A DNA stretch of 64,000 bases, taken from Escherichia coli. GTDB taxonomy: Bacteria; Pseudomonadota; Gammaproteobacteria; Enterobacterales; Enterobacteriaceae. The stretch lies in assembly GCF_003018255.1 (NCBI RefSeq), contig NZ_CP027440.1; one strand, 5' to 3'. Both the position numbers and the translations under genes were made by a program. Shown here in pieces: positions 41,822 through 57,423 of this stretch (position 1 is the first letter of the stretch; the number at the start of each line of letters is the position of its first letter). Below the pieces are notes generated by a model, which saw nothing but the letters and a program-made list of their open reading frames with translations, was not told where the DNA came from and ran no database searches.

Positions 41822-42697
41822 TCAGGAAACGTGTTGCTGTGGGCTGCGACGATATGCCCAGACCATCATGATCACACCCGCGACAATCATCGGGATGGAA
41901 AGAATTTGCCCCATGCTGATGTACTGCACCCAGGCACCAGTAAACTGCGCGTCGGGCTGGCGGAAAAACTCAACAATGATGCGAAACGCGCCGTAACCAA
42001 TCAGGAACAAGCCTGAGACAGCTCCCATTGGGCGCGGTTTACGAATATACAGGTTGAGGATAATAAACAGCACCACACCTTCCAGCAGCAGCTCGTAAAG
42101 CTGTGATGGGTGGCGCGGCAGCACACCGTAAGTGTCGAAAATGGATTGCCACTGCGGATTGGTTTGCAGCAGCAAAATATCTTCTGTACGGGAGCCAGGG
42201 AACAGCATGGCAAACGGGAAGTTCGGGTCAACGCGGCCCCACAATTCACCGTTAATAAAGTTGCCCAGGCGCCCGGCACCAAGACCAAACGGAATGAGTG
42301 GGGCAATAAAATCAGAGACCTGGAAGAAGGAACGTTTAGTACGGCGGGCGAAGATAATCATCACCACGATAACGCCAATCAGGCCTCCGTGGAAGGACAT
42401 GCCGCCGTCCCATACACGGAAAAGATACAGCGGATCGGCCATAAACTGCGGGAAATTGTAGAACAGAACATAACCAATACGTCCACCGAGGAAGACGCCG
42501 AGGAAGCCCGCATAGAGTAAGTTTTCAACTTCATTTTTGGTCCAGCCACTGCCCGGACGATTCGCCCGTCGTGTTGCCAGCCACATTGCAAAAATGAAAC
42601 CCACCAGATACATCAGGCCGTACCAGTGAAGCGCCACGGGTCCTATTGAGAAAATGACCGGATCAAACTCCGGAAAATGCAGATAGCTACTGGTCAT
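41822..42697 (-). CDS. lgt: Prolipoprotein diacylglyceryl transferase
   Basis: 291 aa polytopic membrane protein immediately upstream of thyA. Confidence 0.93.
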
Positions 42698-42847
42698 CTG
42701 TCACCACAAGTTCTTGTTATTTCGCTGAAAGAGAACAGCGATTGAAATGCACGCCGCAGGTTTCAGGCGCTCCAAAGGTGCGAATAATAGCACAAGGGGA
42801 CCTGGCTGGTTGCCGGATACCGTTAAAAAATATGTATATGATCCGCG

Positions 42848-45094
42848 CTATAACCCCCCGCGAATCAACCCGCCCATGCCGCGACGCTCCATAAAGGCTG
42901 CAACCTGATGGCGAACTTCGGTCGCCAGTTGCGCTTCCAGACTACGCTGCGCAAGATTTTCTGCTTCAGCAAAATCAATGCGCCGCAGCAGGTATTTTAC
43001 GCGCGCTACAGAACGTCCGTTCATAGACAGATGGCGATACCCAAGCCCAATGAGGATTGCCACGCACATGGGATCGCCCGCCATTTCACCGCACAAACGG
43101 AGATCGATTCCATGTATTTCCGCTTCCCGGGCGATCATCGCCAGAGCTCGTAACATTGCAGGATGAAGACTGTCATAAATGTTCGCCACCCGGGTATTGT
43201 TGCGATCAACGGCCAGGATGTATTGAGTCAGATCGTTGGTGCCAACAGAGATGAAATCGACCCGCTTTGCCAGATGCGGCAGCATAAATACCATTGACGG
43301 CACTTCCAGCATGATGCCGATACGTGGTTTGGGAATTTCGTAACCGATCATCTCCTCGACTTCACGTCCGGCACGTTCAATCAGGCGGCGTGCTTCGTCA
43401 ACTTCATCGAGGCTTGTGACCATCGGCAACAGAATATTCAGGTTGCCCGTAGCGGCATTAGCACGCAGCATCGCCCGCACCTGGATCAAGAAGATCTCCG
43501 GCTGATCGAGCGTAATGCGAATCCCACGCCAACCCAGGCATGGATTCTCTTCGCTAATCGGCATGTAAGGCAGCTGCTTATCTGCTCCGACATCCAGCGT
43601 ACGCAAGGTGACGGGTTTATCATTAAACATTTGCAGCATCCCCTGATACTGCGCCACCTGTTCTTCTTCCGACGGAAAACCACTTTGCAGCATGAATGGG
43701 ATTTCAGTGCGATAAAGTCCTATGCCATCAATACGGCTGCCCAGTTTTTCTTCATGTTCCGGGCTTAAACCGGCATTGAGCATGACTTTAATGCGCTCGC
43801 CGCTTTTTAACTGGGCGGGTAAATTGACGTCATCTTCCGCCAGACGGCTAAGCTCGATCTCTTCACTAATTAGCCGCTGATATTCTTGCAGCAGTACCGG
43901 TTCCGGATCGACCAGCAATTCACCGCGATAACCATCGACGATCAGCGTCCGACGATGCAGTACCGAAGGCTGAATATCCGCGCCCATCACGGTAGGTATC
44001 CCCAGCGCACGTACCATGATCGCAGCATGGGAGTTGGCAGCGCCATCGCGCACGACAACACCGACTAAGCGATCCTGGGGCAGCTCAGCAAGCGTTGTCG
44101 CTGACAGTTCATCTGCCACCAGAATGAAACGTTCCGGCCAGGCGTTCGGCCCTTGATTAGCGTCATCAAGATGAAACAGCAATCGCTGACCCAGCGCACG
44201 TAAATCGCCAGCCCGCTCTTTGAGATAGTTATCGCTTAGCGCGGCAAACTGTTCGGCAAATTTTTCAATGACCGTTTTTACCGCCCACTCTGCCACCGAG
44301 CCTTTATCAACCTCGGCAAACAATTCGCGACGCAGCCGGGTATCCGAAAGCAGGTGTGAGTAAAGATCGAAAATAGCCGCCGTTTCTTTTTGTGCACCGG
44401 CAGCAAAGCGTTTGCTATAGCGGCGAAACTCGTTAGCCGCCTCTTCCAACGCCCCGGTCAGTCGTTCGCGTTCCAGAGCCGGATCCAGCGTTGATGCCTG
44501 ATACACCTGTTCCATTAAAGGTAACGTGGCATCCTGCCAGCCTTCGGCAATCGCCACACCAGGTGCTGCCGGTAATGCACGGATTCGCGTCTGGCGATAT
44601 TGCCCAAACAAGGCAGTCAACTGCGACTGAGAAAGAATAGCTGCCATCTGGGTGGCAAGCGTCACCAGGAAGGATTCTTCACTTTCGTCATACTGGCGCA
44701 ACTCTCGTTGCTGTACCACCAGTACACCAAGCAACTGGCGACGTTGAATAATTGGTACGCCTAAAAACGCGCGGAAACGTTCTTCTTTTACGGAGGGGAT
44801 GTATTTGAAGCTGGGGTGCTTTTGCGCATCTGCAAGGTTTATCGGTTCCGCCAGCCTGCCAACCAGGCCGACGATCCCTTCATCAAACGCGAGCGTTACA
44901 GTGCGACCGCGTGGTTTTTTCAGTCCCCGGGTCGCCATCAGGTAGTAACAACGTCGATCATGATCGGCCAGGTAGACCGAACAGACCTCGGTATCCATCG
45001 CAAGACAGATGTCGGTAACCAGAATATTTAACGCCTCATTCAGGCGTGGTGCGCTGGCTACCTTTTCGACTATTTCGCGCAGGCGAGTGAGCAT
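42848..45094 (-). CDS. ptsP: Nitrogen-PTS enzyme I (EI-Ntr) with GAF domain
   Basis: 748 aa. Conserved position upstream of lgt. Confidence 0.92.
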   Translation of the reverse strand: MLTRLREIVEKVASAPRLNEALNILVTDICLAMDTEVCSVYLADHDRRCYYLMATRGLKKPRGRTVTLAFDEGIVGLVGRLAEPINLADAQKHPSFKYIPSVKEERFRAFLGVPIIQRRQLLGVLVVQQRELRQYDESEESFLVTLATQMAAILSQSQLTALFGQYRQTRIRALPAAPGVAIAEGWQDATLPLMEQVYQASTLDPALERERLTGALEEAANEFRRYSKRFAAGAQKETAAIFDLYSHLLSDTRLRRELFAEVDKGSVAEWAVKTVIEKFAEQFAALSDNYLKERAGDLRALGQRLLFHLDDANQGPNAWPERFILVADELSATTLAELPQDRLVGVVVRDGAANSHAAIMVRALGIPTVMGADIQPSVLHRRTLIVDGYRGELLVDPEPVLLQEYQRLISEEIELSRLAEDDVNLPAQLKSGERIKVMLNAGLSPEHEEKLGSRIDGIGLYRTEIPFMLQSGFPSEEEQVAQYQGMLQMFNDKPVTLRTLDVGADKQLPYMPISEENPCLGWRGIRITLDQPEIFLIQVRAMLRANAATGNLNILLPMVTSLDEVDEARRLIERAGREVEEMIGYEIPKPRIGIMLEVPSMVFMLPHLAKRVDFISVGTNDLTQYILAVDRNNTRVANIYDSLHPAMLRALAMIAREAEIHGIDLRLCGEMAGDPMCVAILIGLGYRHLSMNGRSVARVKYLLRRIDFAEAENLAQRSLEAQLATEVRHQVAAFMERRGMGGLIRGGL

Positions 45095-45106
45095 AATTGG
45101 CGTGAC

Positions 45107-45637
45107 TTAACCTCTTTTACGTCGATAAGCAGATGCGTTTTGTGGTTTTGGCGTATTTTCCTGCAGTGACATCACCACACTCGCGAACTCTTTCATTACC
45201 CTACGGTAGACATCACGTTTAAATGACACCACCTGTCTGACTGGATACCAGTAACTTACCCATCGCCAGCCGTCAAACTCTGGTGTACTGCTGGTTTGCA
45301 TATTGATTTCTGCATCGCCGCTCACCAGCTGCAAGAGAAACCATTTTTGTTTTTGGCCGATACAAACCGGCTTCGTGTCCCAACGCACCAAACGTTTCGG
45401 TAATTTGTAGCGCAACCAGTTACGCGTTGAAGCAAGGATTCGAACGTCTTTGCGGCTTAATCCTACTTCTTCAAACAATTCACGGTACATCGCCTGCTCT
45501 GCGGATTCTCCGGGGTTGATTCCGCCTTGCGGAAATTGCCAGGAGTGCTGACCAAATCGCCGGGCCCACATTACCTGCCCCTGGCGATTACAAATCACGA
45601 TACCTACGTTTGGGCGGTAGCCATCGTCATCAATCAC
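45107..45637 (-). CDS. rppH: RNA pyrophosphohydrolase (Nudix)
   Basis: 176 aa. Nudix box [22 protein letters not shown]. Confidence 0.93.
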
Positions 45638-46321
45638 CGGACTACCTCAAAATAAAGCTTTATATACGAATGATTGTTTCATACTCCAGGAAGACGGTAA
45701 ACCACTCTCTGCAGGGCATTACACACTAATAACAATTGAATAACTCACAGTTATGTGCAGAGTTATAAACAGAGGAAGGGGTGGATAGCCGTTTTTATTC
45801 ACCTTTTCTGTGGATAGAGTTGTGAAGAACTACGGAATTACTACGGGAAAACCCGGAGCATTCTGAATAAGACAGATACAGAGATTTTAAAATATTCATT
45901 ATCAGTCAATGCATTACATGTGATTTGAGTAATAAAAAAGAGTAATTCGTGACCCAGGTCACACCTCTCATTTACGGGTTGGCGAAAGATCAACCAATGC
46001 CGTATTTATCCACAGAATGTGCCACTAAGTTAAGCACTGAACCACTAAAAACTGGAGTTTCGTCGCACGTCAAGGCTGTAAATGGAAACAGTAGTGAAGG
46101 TTTTTCACAGTTATCCCAGCTTTCTGTGGATAACATGGTGTAAGATCCTGTTTATTTTCAGTGACCAGATTTGGAAAACCCGTTGCAGTGTTGCGCAACT
46201 CGATTACCGGCAACCTAAAAAGCAATATAAATCAGAGAATTGAACAACGCATGTGGAAAAAGTTACACTGCGAATATTCGGCACTTAATTGCTGTTTGTT
46301 TTTTAACCAAGGTATCATGAC

Positions 46322-47011
46322 ATGTCCCAACCTCGCCCACTGCTCTCTCCTCCCGAAACTGAAGAACAATTGTTAGCGCAAGCACAACAACTTTCTGGTT
46401 ATACATTGGGAGAACTGGCGGCACTTGCCGGGCTGGTTACGCCGGAGAATTTAAAACGCGATAAGGGCTGGATTGGCGTGTTACTGGAGATCTGGCTAGG
46501 TGCCAGCGCAGGGAGTAAACCTGAGCAAGATTTTGCTGCTCTGGGCGTGGAACTTAAAACTATCCCTGTGGATAGTCTTGGTCGTCCGCTGGAAACAACA
46601 TTCGTTTGTGTTGCCCCGTTAACGGGCAATAGCGGGGTGACCTGGGAAACCAGCCACGTGCGCCACAAGCTCAAACGCGTGCTGTGGATACCGGTTGAAG
46701 GCGAGCGCAGCATCCCGCTGGCAAAGCGTCGCGTAGGATCACCGTTGCTGTGGAGCCCGAATGAAGAGGAAGACCGACAGTTACGCGAAGACTGGGAAGA
46801 ATTAATGGATATGATTGTTCTCGGTCAGATTGAGCGGATCACCGCTCGTCACGGGGAATATTTACAGATACGACCGAAAGCAGCGAATGCGAAAGCGCTG
46901 ACCGAAGCTATTGGTGCCCGGGGCGAACGGATTCTGACGCTGCCGCGCGGATTTTATTTGAAGAAGAATTTCACCAGTGCGCTACTGGCCCGTCATTTTC
47001 TGATCCAGTAG
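46322..47011 (+). CDS. mutH: DNA mismatch repair endonuclease MutH
   Basis: 229 aa. Conserved sequence and position. Confidence 0.93.
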
Positions 47012-47079
47012 CCATCGCTTTGACCTGCCGCTTTCCGGGCATATAATTACCGCTTCATTTTTTTGGCAGGGCTTTTTAG

Positions 47080-47793
47080 ATGTTATTTGCATGGATAACC
47101 GATCCTAACGCCTGGCTTGCGCTCGGTACACTGACGCTGCTGGAGATCGTTCTTGGGATCGACAATATTATTTTCCTTTCTCTGGTGGTGGCAAAGCTTC
47201 CCACAGCACAACGTGCTCATGCGCGCCGTCTGGGGTTGGCGGGAGCCATGGTCATGCGTCTGGCGCTGCTGGCATCCATCGCCTGGGTTACGCGCCTGAC
47301 GAATCCGCTTTTTACAATATTCAGTCAGGAAATTTCCGCCCGTGATTTGATCCTGCTTCTGGGTGGCTTGTTCCTTATCTGGAAAGCCAGCAAGGAAATC
47401 CACGAATCCATCGAAGGTGAAGAAGAAGGGCTGAAAACACGCGTTTCATCATTCCTCGGCGCTATCGTGCAGATTATGCTGCTGGATATTATCTTCAGCC
47501 TCGACTCGGTGATTACCGCTGTGGGTCTGTCAGATCACCTGTTTATTATGATGGCTGCCGTGGTGATTGCCGTAGGCGTGATGATGTTCGCCGCGCGCTC
47601 GATTGGTGATTTTGTCGAGCGCCATCCTTCGGTAAAAATGCTGGCGCTCTCTTTCCTGATTCTGGTGGGCTTTACCCTGATTCTGGAAAGTTTCGACATC
47701 CACGTACCGAAAGGTTACATCTACTTCGCGATGTTCTTCTCTATTGCGGTTGAAAGCCTCAACCTGATTCGCAACAAAAAGAATCCGCTCTGA
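47080..47793 (+). CDS. ygdQ: TerC-family inner membrane protein
   Basis: 237 aa multi-TM protein. Confidence 0.88.
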
Positions 47794-47930
47794 TACTCCG
47801 TACGCTCTCCTGCGGGAGGGCGTACTCACTCCTGTTACCCTCACAGTTTAAGATTTTCCTGCTTTCAAGATATATAACGTCGGTTTATAAACAGACTATT
47901 ATCATAGGTGGGCCAAATGAGGATAACCGG

Positions 47931-48149
47931 ATGAAAAAATGGGCAGTAATAATTTCTGCAGTCGGACTGGCGTTTGCTGTTTCCGGGTGTTCCAGTGATT
48001 ACGTCATGGCGACCAAAGATGGCCGTATGATTTTGACCGATGGAAAACCTGAAATTGATGATGATACCGGGCTGGTGAGTTATCACGATCAGCAAGGTAA
48101 CGCGATGCAAATTAACCGTGATGATGTTTCGCAAATTATTGAACGTTAA
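47931..48149 (+). CDS. ygdR: Small lipoprotein YgdR
   Basis: 72 aa. Signal with lipobox VSGC. Confidence 0.85.
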
Positions 48150-48256
48150 CAAATAAGGTCAGCATCCGGCTGGCCTTAAGATTTTTCTCTTTCCCTTTTC
48201 CCTTCCCTCTGCCATTTTTATATTCCTTATGTCGTGATTATAAAAAGGAAACGGCT

Positions 48257-49297
48257 ATGCAATATCACCGTATACCCCACAGTTCGCTGGAAGTCAGCAC
48301 GCTGGGGCTTGGCACGATGACGTTTGGTGAACAGAACAGCGAAGCCGACGCCCACGCACAACTCGACTATGCCGTCGCTCAGGGCATTAACCTTATCGAC
48401 GTTGCCGAAATGTACCCAGTACCTCCGCGCCCCGAAACTCAAGGGCTAACCGAAACCTACGTCGGCAACTGGCTGGCGAAACATGGCAGCCGCGAAAAGT
48501 TAATTATCGCCTCCAAAGTGAGCGGACCGTCGCGCAATAATGACAAAGGCATCCGCCCGGATCAGGCGCTGGATCGGAAGAATATCCGCGAAGCGCTGCA
48601 TGACAGCCTCAAGCGTCTGCAGACTGATTACCTCGATCTTTATCAGGTGCACTGGCCGCAGCGCCCAACCAACTGCTTCGGCAAACTCGGTTATAGCTGG
48701 ACAGATTCTGCGCCTGCGGTTTCGCTGCTGGATACACTGGACGCACTGGCAGAGTACCAACGCGCGGGAAAAATTCGTTATATCGGCGTGTCGAACGAAA
48801 CTGCATTTGGCGTAATGCGCTACCTGCATCTGGCGGACAAACACGATCTGCCGCGTATTGTCACCATTCAGAACCCCTACAGTCTGTTAAACCGCAGTTT
48901 TGAAGTAGGTCTGGCAGAAGTCAGCCAGTATGAAGGGGTCGAACTGCTGGCCTATTCGTGCCTGGGTTTCGGCACGCTGACCGGGAAATATCTCAACGGT
49001 GCAAAACCCGCTGGCGCACGTAATACGCTCTTTAGTCGGTTCACCCGCTATAGCGGTGAGCAAACGCAAAAAGCCGTCGCGGCGTATGTTGATATAGCCA
49101 GACGTCATGGCCTGGATCCTGCACAGATGGCGCTCGCTTTTGTACGCCGTCAACCGTTTGTTGCCAGCACTCTGCTGGGCGCAACCACGATGGAGCAGCT
49201 GAAAACTAACGTCGAAAGTTTGCATCTGGAGTTAAGCGAAGACGTATTAGCAGAAATTGAAGCGGTGCATCAGGTTTACACTTATCCGGCACCATAA
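48257..49297 (+). CDS. tas: Aldo-keto reductase Tas
   Basis: 346 aa aldo-keto reductase family sequence. Confidence 0.9.
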   Translation: MQYHRIPHSSLEVSTLGLGTMTFGEQNSEADAHAQLDYAVAQGINLIDVAEMYPVPPRPETQGLTETYVGNWLAKHGSREKLIIASKVSGPSRNNDKGIRPDQALDRKNIREALHDSLKRLQTDYLDLYQVHWPQRPTNCFGKLGYSWTDSAPAVSLLDTLDALAEYQRAGKIRYIGVSNETAFGVMRYLHLADKHDLPRIVTIQNPYSLLNRSFEVGLAEVSQYEGVELLAYSCLGFGTLTGKYLNGAKPAGARNTLFSRFTRYSGEQTQKAVAAYVDIARRHGLDPAQMALAFVRRQPFVASTLLGATTMEQLKTNVESLHLELSEDVLAEIEAVHQVYTYPAP

Positions 49298-49328
49298 GAT
49301 TAACGCCGGTTAAAACCGGCGTTAAATA

Positions 49329-52695
<3,367 letters not shown>

Positions 52696-52761
52696 TCAGT
52701 AAAAGCGAATGGAGGGAGATTACACGAGATAAAGAACGCGAGCGACAGTAAATTAGGTGCG

Positions 52762-52849
52762 AAAAAAAACCTGCGCATCCGCGCAGGTTGGTGCAAGAGA
52801 CAGGGTACGAAGAGCGTACCGAATAATCTCACCAATCAATACCTCTGGG
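52762..52849 (-). ncRNA. omrA: Small regulatory RNA OmrA
   Basis: Minus-strand unit beginning CCCAGAGGTATTGATTGGTGAG and ending in the terminator hairpin CCTGCGCGGATGCGCAGG plus T-run. In the aas-galR intergenic region, as in K-12. Confidence 0.8.
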
Positions 52850-52963
52850 ATCTTGATTGTGGTCTGCACGACGACTCTTCGCCAGTGAGAAAACGCAAAG
52901 GAATGAAGGGAAATGCAACGAGGTGTGTAAATTGTCGGTTACTGTTACAGATTGATGACCGGC

Positions 52964-53045
52964 AAAAAAAACCTGCGCATCTGCGCAGGCTGGTGTAATT
53001 CATGTGCTCAACCCGAAGTTGACTTCACCTATCAATACCTCTGGG
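52964..53045 (-). ncRNA. omrB: Small regulatory RNA OmrB
   Basis: Paralogous unit: CCCAGAGGTATTGATAGGTGAAGTCAAC..., terminator CCTGCGCAGATGCGCAGG plus T-run. Confidence 0.8.
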
Positions 53046-53258
53046 ATCACCACTTTAGCAACCTGAAGCCAAACGCCACCAGCGGTCAATCGCAACAGCG
53101 TTTCGCAAAGTGTAACCAAAGGTTTGCAATCTCTTTTTTTGTCTTACTTATTTGCGTTTGGCTCACATTCCCACAATGAAAACACGCCGCCCCTTGAACC
53201 AACGGGCGTTTTCCGTAACACTGAAAGAATGTAAGCGTTTACCCACTAAGGTATTTTC

Positions 53259-54290
53259 ATGGCGACCATAAAGGATGTAGCCCGACTGGCAGGCGTTTCA
53301 GTCGCCACCGTTTCCCGCGTCATTAATAATTCACCCAAAGCCAGCGAAGCTTCCCGGCTTGCTGTGCATAGTGCAATGGAGTCTCTTAGCTATCACCCGA
53401 ACGCCAACGCCCGTGCGCTGGCGCAGCAGACCACTGAAACGGTCGGTCTGGTCGTTGGTGATGTTTCCGATCCGTTTTTCGGTGCAATGGTGAAAGCGGT
53501 CGAACAGGTGGCTTATCACACTGGTAATTTTTTATTGATTGGCAACGGTTACCACAACGAACAAAAAGAGCGTCAGGCCATTGAGCAACTGATCCGCCAT
53601 CGCTGTGCTGCGTTGGTCGTCCATGCCAAAATGATCCCGGATGCCGATTTAGCCTCATTAATGAAACAAATGCCCGGTATGGTGCTGATCAACCGTATCC
53701 TGCCTGGCTTTGAAAACCGTTGTATTGCTCTGGACGATCGTTACGGTGCCTGGCTGGCTACGCGTCATTTAATTCAGCAAGGTCATACCCGCATTGGTTA
53801 TCTGTGCTCTAACCACTCTATTTCTGACGCCGAAGATCGTCTGCAAGGGTATTACGATGCCCTTGCTGAAAGTGGTATTCCGGCCAATGACCGGCTGGTG
53901 ACATTTGGCGAACCAGACGAAAGCGGCGGCGAACAGGCAATGACCGAGCTTTTGGGACGAGGCAGAAATTTCACTGCGGTAGCCTGTTATAACGATTCAA
54001 TGGCGGCGGGCGCGATGGGCGTGCTCAATGATAATGGTATTGATGTACCGGGTGAGATTTCGTTAATTGGCTTTGATGATGTGCTGGTGTCACGCTATGT
54101 GCGCCCGCGTCTGACCACCGTGCGTTACCCAATCGTGACGATGGCGACCCAGGCTGCCGAACTGGCTTTGGCGCTGGCGGATAATCGCCCTCTCCCGGAA
54201 ATCACTAATGTCTTTAGTCCGACGCTGGTACGTCGCCATTCAGTGTCAACTCCGTCGCTGGAGGCAAGTCATCATGCAACCAGCGACTAA
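53259..54290 (+). CDS. galR: Galactose operon repressor (LacI family)
   Basis: 343 aa. N-terminal HTH MATIKDVARLAGVSVATVSRVIN. Confidence 0.92.
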   Translation: MATIKDVARLAGVSVATVSRVINNSPKASEASRLAVHSAMESLSYHPNANARALAQQTTETVGLVVGDVSDPFFGAMVKAVEQVAYHTGNFLLIGNGYHNEQKERQAIEQLIRHRCAALVVHAKMIPDADLASLMKQMPGMVLINRILPGFENRCIALDDRYGAWLATRHLIQQGHTRIGYLCSNHSISDAEDRLQGYYDALAESGIPANDRLVTFGEPDESGGEQAMTELLGRGRNFTAVACYNDSMAAGAMGVLNDNGIDVPGEISLIGFDDVLVSRYVRPRLTTVRYPIVTMATQAAELALALADNRPLPEITNVFSPTLVRRHSVSTPSLEASHHATSD

Positions 54291-54296
54291 CCGCAG

Positions 54297-55559
54297 TTAA
54301 AGCAATTCCAGCGCCAGTAATTCTTCAATGGTCTGGCGACGGCGAATCAACCGCGCCTGACCATTATCAAACAGAACTTCTGGTAACAGCGGACGGCTGT
54401 TGTAGTTGGATGACATTGATGCGCCATATGCCCCTGTATCATGCAGTACCAGATAATCACCTGCCTTCACTTCCGGCAAGGCGCGGGTTTCGACATTTCC
54501 CCCTTCCTGCTGGGTAAAGACATCGCCCGATTCACATAACGGCCCGGCGACGACGGTTTCCACCGTTGGTGCGTGTTCCAGAGAACGACCATCAGCTGCC
54601 AGGGCACTGATATGGTGGTAACTACCGTACATTGCCGGGCGCATCAGATCGTTGAACCCGGCATCAACCAGCACAAAGTGGCGGCTACCCATTTGTTTGA
54701 CGCTCCGCACTTGAGTAATTAATACGCCAGACTGCGCTACCAGAAAGCGACCCGGTTCAATTTCCAGTTTCACAGGGTGGCCCAAATGGCGGGCGATTTG
54801 CTGACGCGCGGCATTCCACAGACCATAATAATGCTCGGTATCAACCGCCTCTTCACCCTGTTGATAAGGAACAGAAAGCCCACCGCCCGCAGAAATAGCC
54901 TGTAAATCCTGACCGAATTCGAGGACCTGACGCACCATAGCACCACATACCTGTTCCAGATGGGCATAATCGACGCCAGAACCAATGTGCATGTGAATGC
55001 CGACCAGCTGTAGATGATGACGTTGTATCACGTCCAGTGCGGCGGGCAGATCGGTGTACCAGATACCGTGCTTGCTGTTTTCGCCACCGGTATTGGTTTT
55101 TTGGCTATGCCCGTGACCAAACCCCGGATTAACACGCAGCCATACCCGATGCCCTGGCGAAACCTGACCCAGTTGGTCGAGCATATCAACAGAACCCGCA
55201 TTCACCGGAATTTGCAATTCACTGACGCGTTCAAGCGTCGCCTGATCGATAACATCTGCCGTAAAAACAATATCATCAGGGTGCGTTTGCGGATTGTAAC
55301 CCGCCGCCAGTGCACGCTCTATTTCGCCTAACGAGACGGAATCCACTTTCACGCCCTGCTCACGCATTAAGCGCAAAATATGAATATTGGAACAGGCTTT
55401 CTGTGCGAAGCGCACCACATCAAACTGTTTCAGCGCTGCAATCTGCCGACGAATAATTTGCGCATCGTAGACCCACACCGGGCAGCCAAATTCTGCGGGC
55501 AAACGCAGCAGATTTTCGGCGGTGAGATCGGTATCAGTGCTGAACAGTGAATGTGGCAT
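54297..55559 (-). CDS. lysA: Diaminopimelate decarboxylase
   Basis: 420 aa. Divergent from lysR. Confidence 0.93.
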   Translation of the reverse strand: MPHSLFSTDTDLTAENLLRLPAEFGCPVWVYDAQIIRRQIAALKQFDVVRFAQKACSNIHILRLMREQGVKVDSVSLGEIERALAAGYNPQTHPDDIVFTADVIDQATLERVSELQIPVNAGSVDMLDQLGQVSPGHRVWLRVNPGFGHGHSQKTNTGGENSKHGIWYTDLPAALDVIQRHHLQLVGIHMHIGSGVDYAHLEQVCGAMVRQVLEFGQDLQAISAGGGLSVPYQQGEEAVDTEHYYGLWNAARQQIARHLGHPVKLEIEPGRFLVAQSGVLITQVRSVKQMGSRHFVLVDAGFNDLMRPAMYGSYHHISALAADGRSLEHAPTVETVVAGPLCESGDVFTQQEGGNVETRALPEVKAGDYLVLHDTGAYGASMSSNYNSRPLLPEVLFDNGQARLIRRRQTIEELLALELL

Positions 55560-55680
55560 AACAAACTCCAGATAAGTGCTTTTTTATGATTACGCCACAT
55601 CATAAAAAGAATAAAAAATATCGATTTATGTCGAGTCTATGCAAAAATGATATGGATTACCGGATTGCGAGAGAGCGCTA

Positions 55681-56616
55681 ATGGCCGCCGTTAACTTACG
55701 TCATATTGAAATTTTTCATGCGGTAATGACCGCCGGAAGCCTGACTGAGGCGGCACACCTGCTACACACCTCACAGCCAACTGTCAGCCGCGAACTGGCG
55801 CGCTTTGAGAAGGTGATCGGGCTGAAATTGTTTGAGCGCGTACGTGGACGATTGCATCCTACCGTGCAAGGACTGCGTCTGTTTGAAGAAGTGCAACGAT
55901 CCTGGTACGGACTGGATCGCATTGTCAGCGCCGCAGAAAGTCTGCGCGAGTTTCGCCAGGGAGAACTGTCTATTGCCTGCCTGCCGGTCTTTTCGCAATC
56001 TTTTTTACCGCAGCTCCTGCAACCCTTTCTGGCACGTTATCCCGATGTCAGCTTAAATATCGTGCCCCAGGAATCACCGCTACTTGAAGAGTGGCTCTCG
56101 GCCCAGCGTCATGATTTAGGACTCACGGAGACACTCCATACGCCTGCGGGAACAGAACGTACCGAATTACTCTCTTTAGATGAAGTGTGTGTGTTACCTC
56201 CGGGCCATCCGCTGGCGGTAAAAAAGGTATTAACGCCGGATGATTTTCACGGTGAAAACTACATCAGCCTTTCCCGTACTGACAGCTATCGCCAGTTGCT
56301 GGATCAATTGTTTACTGAGAATCAGGTTAAACGACGCATGATCGTAGAAACCCACAGCGCCGCGTCAGTCTGCGCAATGGTACGGGCGGGGGTAGGTGTT
56401 TCGGTGGTTAACCCGCTCACCGCACTGGATTATGCGGCAAGCGGTTTAGTGGTACGGCGGTTCAGTATTGCGGTTCCGTTCACCGTCAGCCTGATCCGCC
56501 CCCTGCACCGCCCGTCATCAGCGCTGGTTCAGGCGTTTAGTGAGCATTTACAAGCGGGATTACCGAAACTGGTCACTTCTCTTGACGCTATTTTGTCGTC
56601 AGCTACGACAGCATAA
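55681..56616 (+). CDS. lysR: LysR transcriptional activator
   Basis: 311 aa. N-terminal HTH of the LysR family; divergent from lysA. Confidence 0.92.
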   Translation: MAAVNLRHIEIFHAVMTAGSLTEAAHLLHTSQPTVSRELARFEKVIGLKLFERVRGRLHPTVQGLRLFEEVQRSWYGLDRIVSAAESLREFRQGELSIACLPVFSQSFLPQLLQPFLARYPDVSLNIVPQESPLLEEWLSAQRHDLGLTETLHTPAGTERTELLSLDEVCVLPPGHPLAVKKVLTPDDFHGENYISLSRTDSYRQLLDQLFTENQVKRRMIVETHSAASVCAMVRAGVGVSVVNPLTALDYAASGLVVRRFSIAVPFTVSLIRPLHRPSSALVQAFSEHLQAGLPKLVTSLDAILSSATTA

Positions 56617-57295
56617 AAGCGACAGCATCCTCGGCATGGATCGCCGCAGTATCAAACACAGGCAGAACACTGCGCTCTTCTGGCACCAGTAAACCAATTT
56701 CCGTACAGCCAAAAATGACACCCTGTGCGCCCTGTTCTGCAAGGCGAGCAATCACTTGCGCATAATAAGTGCGTGACGCTTCGGTAAATTGCCCCAGACA
56801 CAGTTCTTCAAAAATAATCTGATTAATTTTCGCCCGTTTATCCGCTTCAGGAATGAGACAGTTGATGGAAAATTGTTCCGTCAGCCGCCCGCGATAAAAA
56901 TCCTGTTCCATGGTGTAACGCGTACCCAGCAGCGCCACACGAGTCATTCCAGCCCGGATAATTGCACGTCCAGTGGCATCCGCTATGTGTAAGAAAGGCA
57001 GAGAGCAACGAGACTCAATGGCATCCGCCACTTTATGCATCGTATTGGTGCATAACACAATACCTTCTGCGCCCGCCCGCTGTAAGCCAAGCGCCGCCTC
57101 AGCCAGAATATCCCCGGTTTTGTCCCACTCACCGCGACGCTGGCACTCTTCTATTTCATGAAAATCGACGCTATGTAGCAGCACTTGCGCAGAGTGAAGC
57201 CCACCAAGCCGCTGTTTAATGCCTTCATTTATCAGACGATAGTAAGGAATAGTGGATTCCCAGCTCATTCCTCCCAGCAAACCAATTGTTTTCAT
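56603..57295 (-). CDS. ygeA: Asp/Glu racemase family protein
   Basis: 230 aa. Conserved position. Confidence 0.88.
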   Translation of the reverse strand: MKTIGLLGGMSWESTIPYYRLINEGIKQRLGGLHSAQVLLHSVDFHEIEECQRRGEWDKTGDILAEAALGLQRAGAEGIVLCTNTMHKVADAIESRCSLPFLHIADATGRAIIRAGMTRVALLGTRYTMEQDFYRGRLTEQFSINCLIPEADKRAKINQIIFEELCLGQFTEASRTYYAQVIARLAEQGAQGVIFGCTEIGLLVPEERSVLPVFDTAAIHAEDAVAFMLS

Positions 57296-57384
57296 TCCTC
57301 TCTCCTGATGTGTGTTACCGCAACAAGGCTGAATAAGGAACGAGACAAACGCCTCAACGGCCAGGTGCCTAATCTCTATTAACG

Positions 57385-57417
57385 AAAAAAGGGCCGGATG
57401 TACAGCACATCCGGCCC
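57385..57417 (-). terminator. Rho-independent terminator downstream of araE
   Basis: Minus-strand hairpin GGGCCGGATGTGCTGTACATCCGGCCC followed by a T-run. Confidence 0.65.
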
Positions 57418-57423
57418 GTGAAA

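Noticed and set aside
45638-46321. Small ORFs 45949-46143 and 46161-46376 between rppH and mutH.
   Set aside because: No RBS, domain or conservation signal that I can see; the interval is more likely promoter and regulatory space for the divergent genes.
49298-49328. The palindrome TTAACGCCGGTTAAAACCGGCGTTAA between tas and lplT as a bidirectional terminator.
   Set aside because: There is a clear hairpin, but no U-run on either strand, so it is not listed as a feature.
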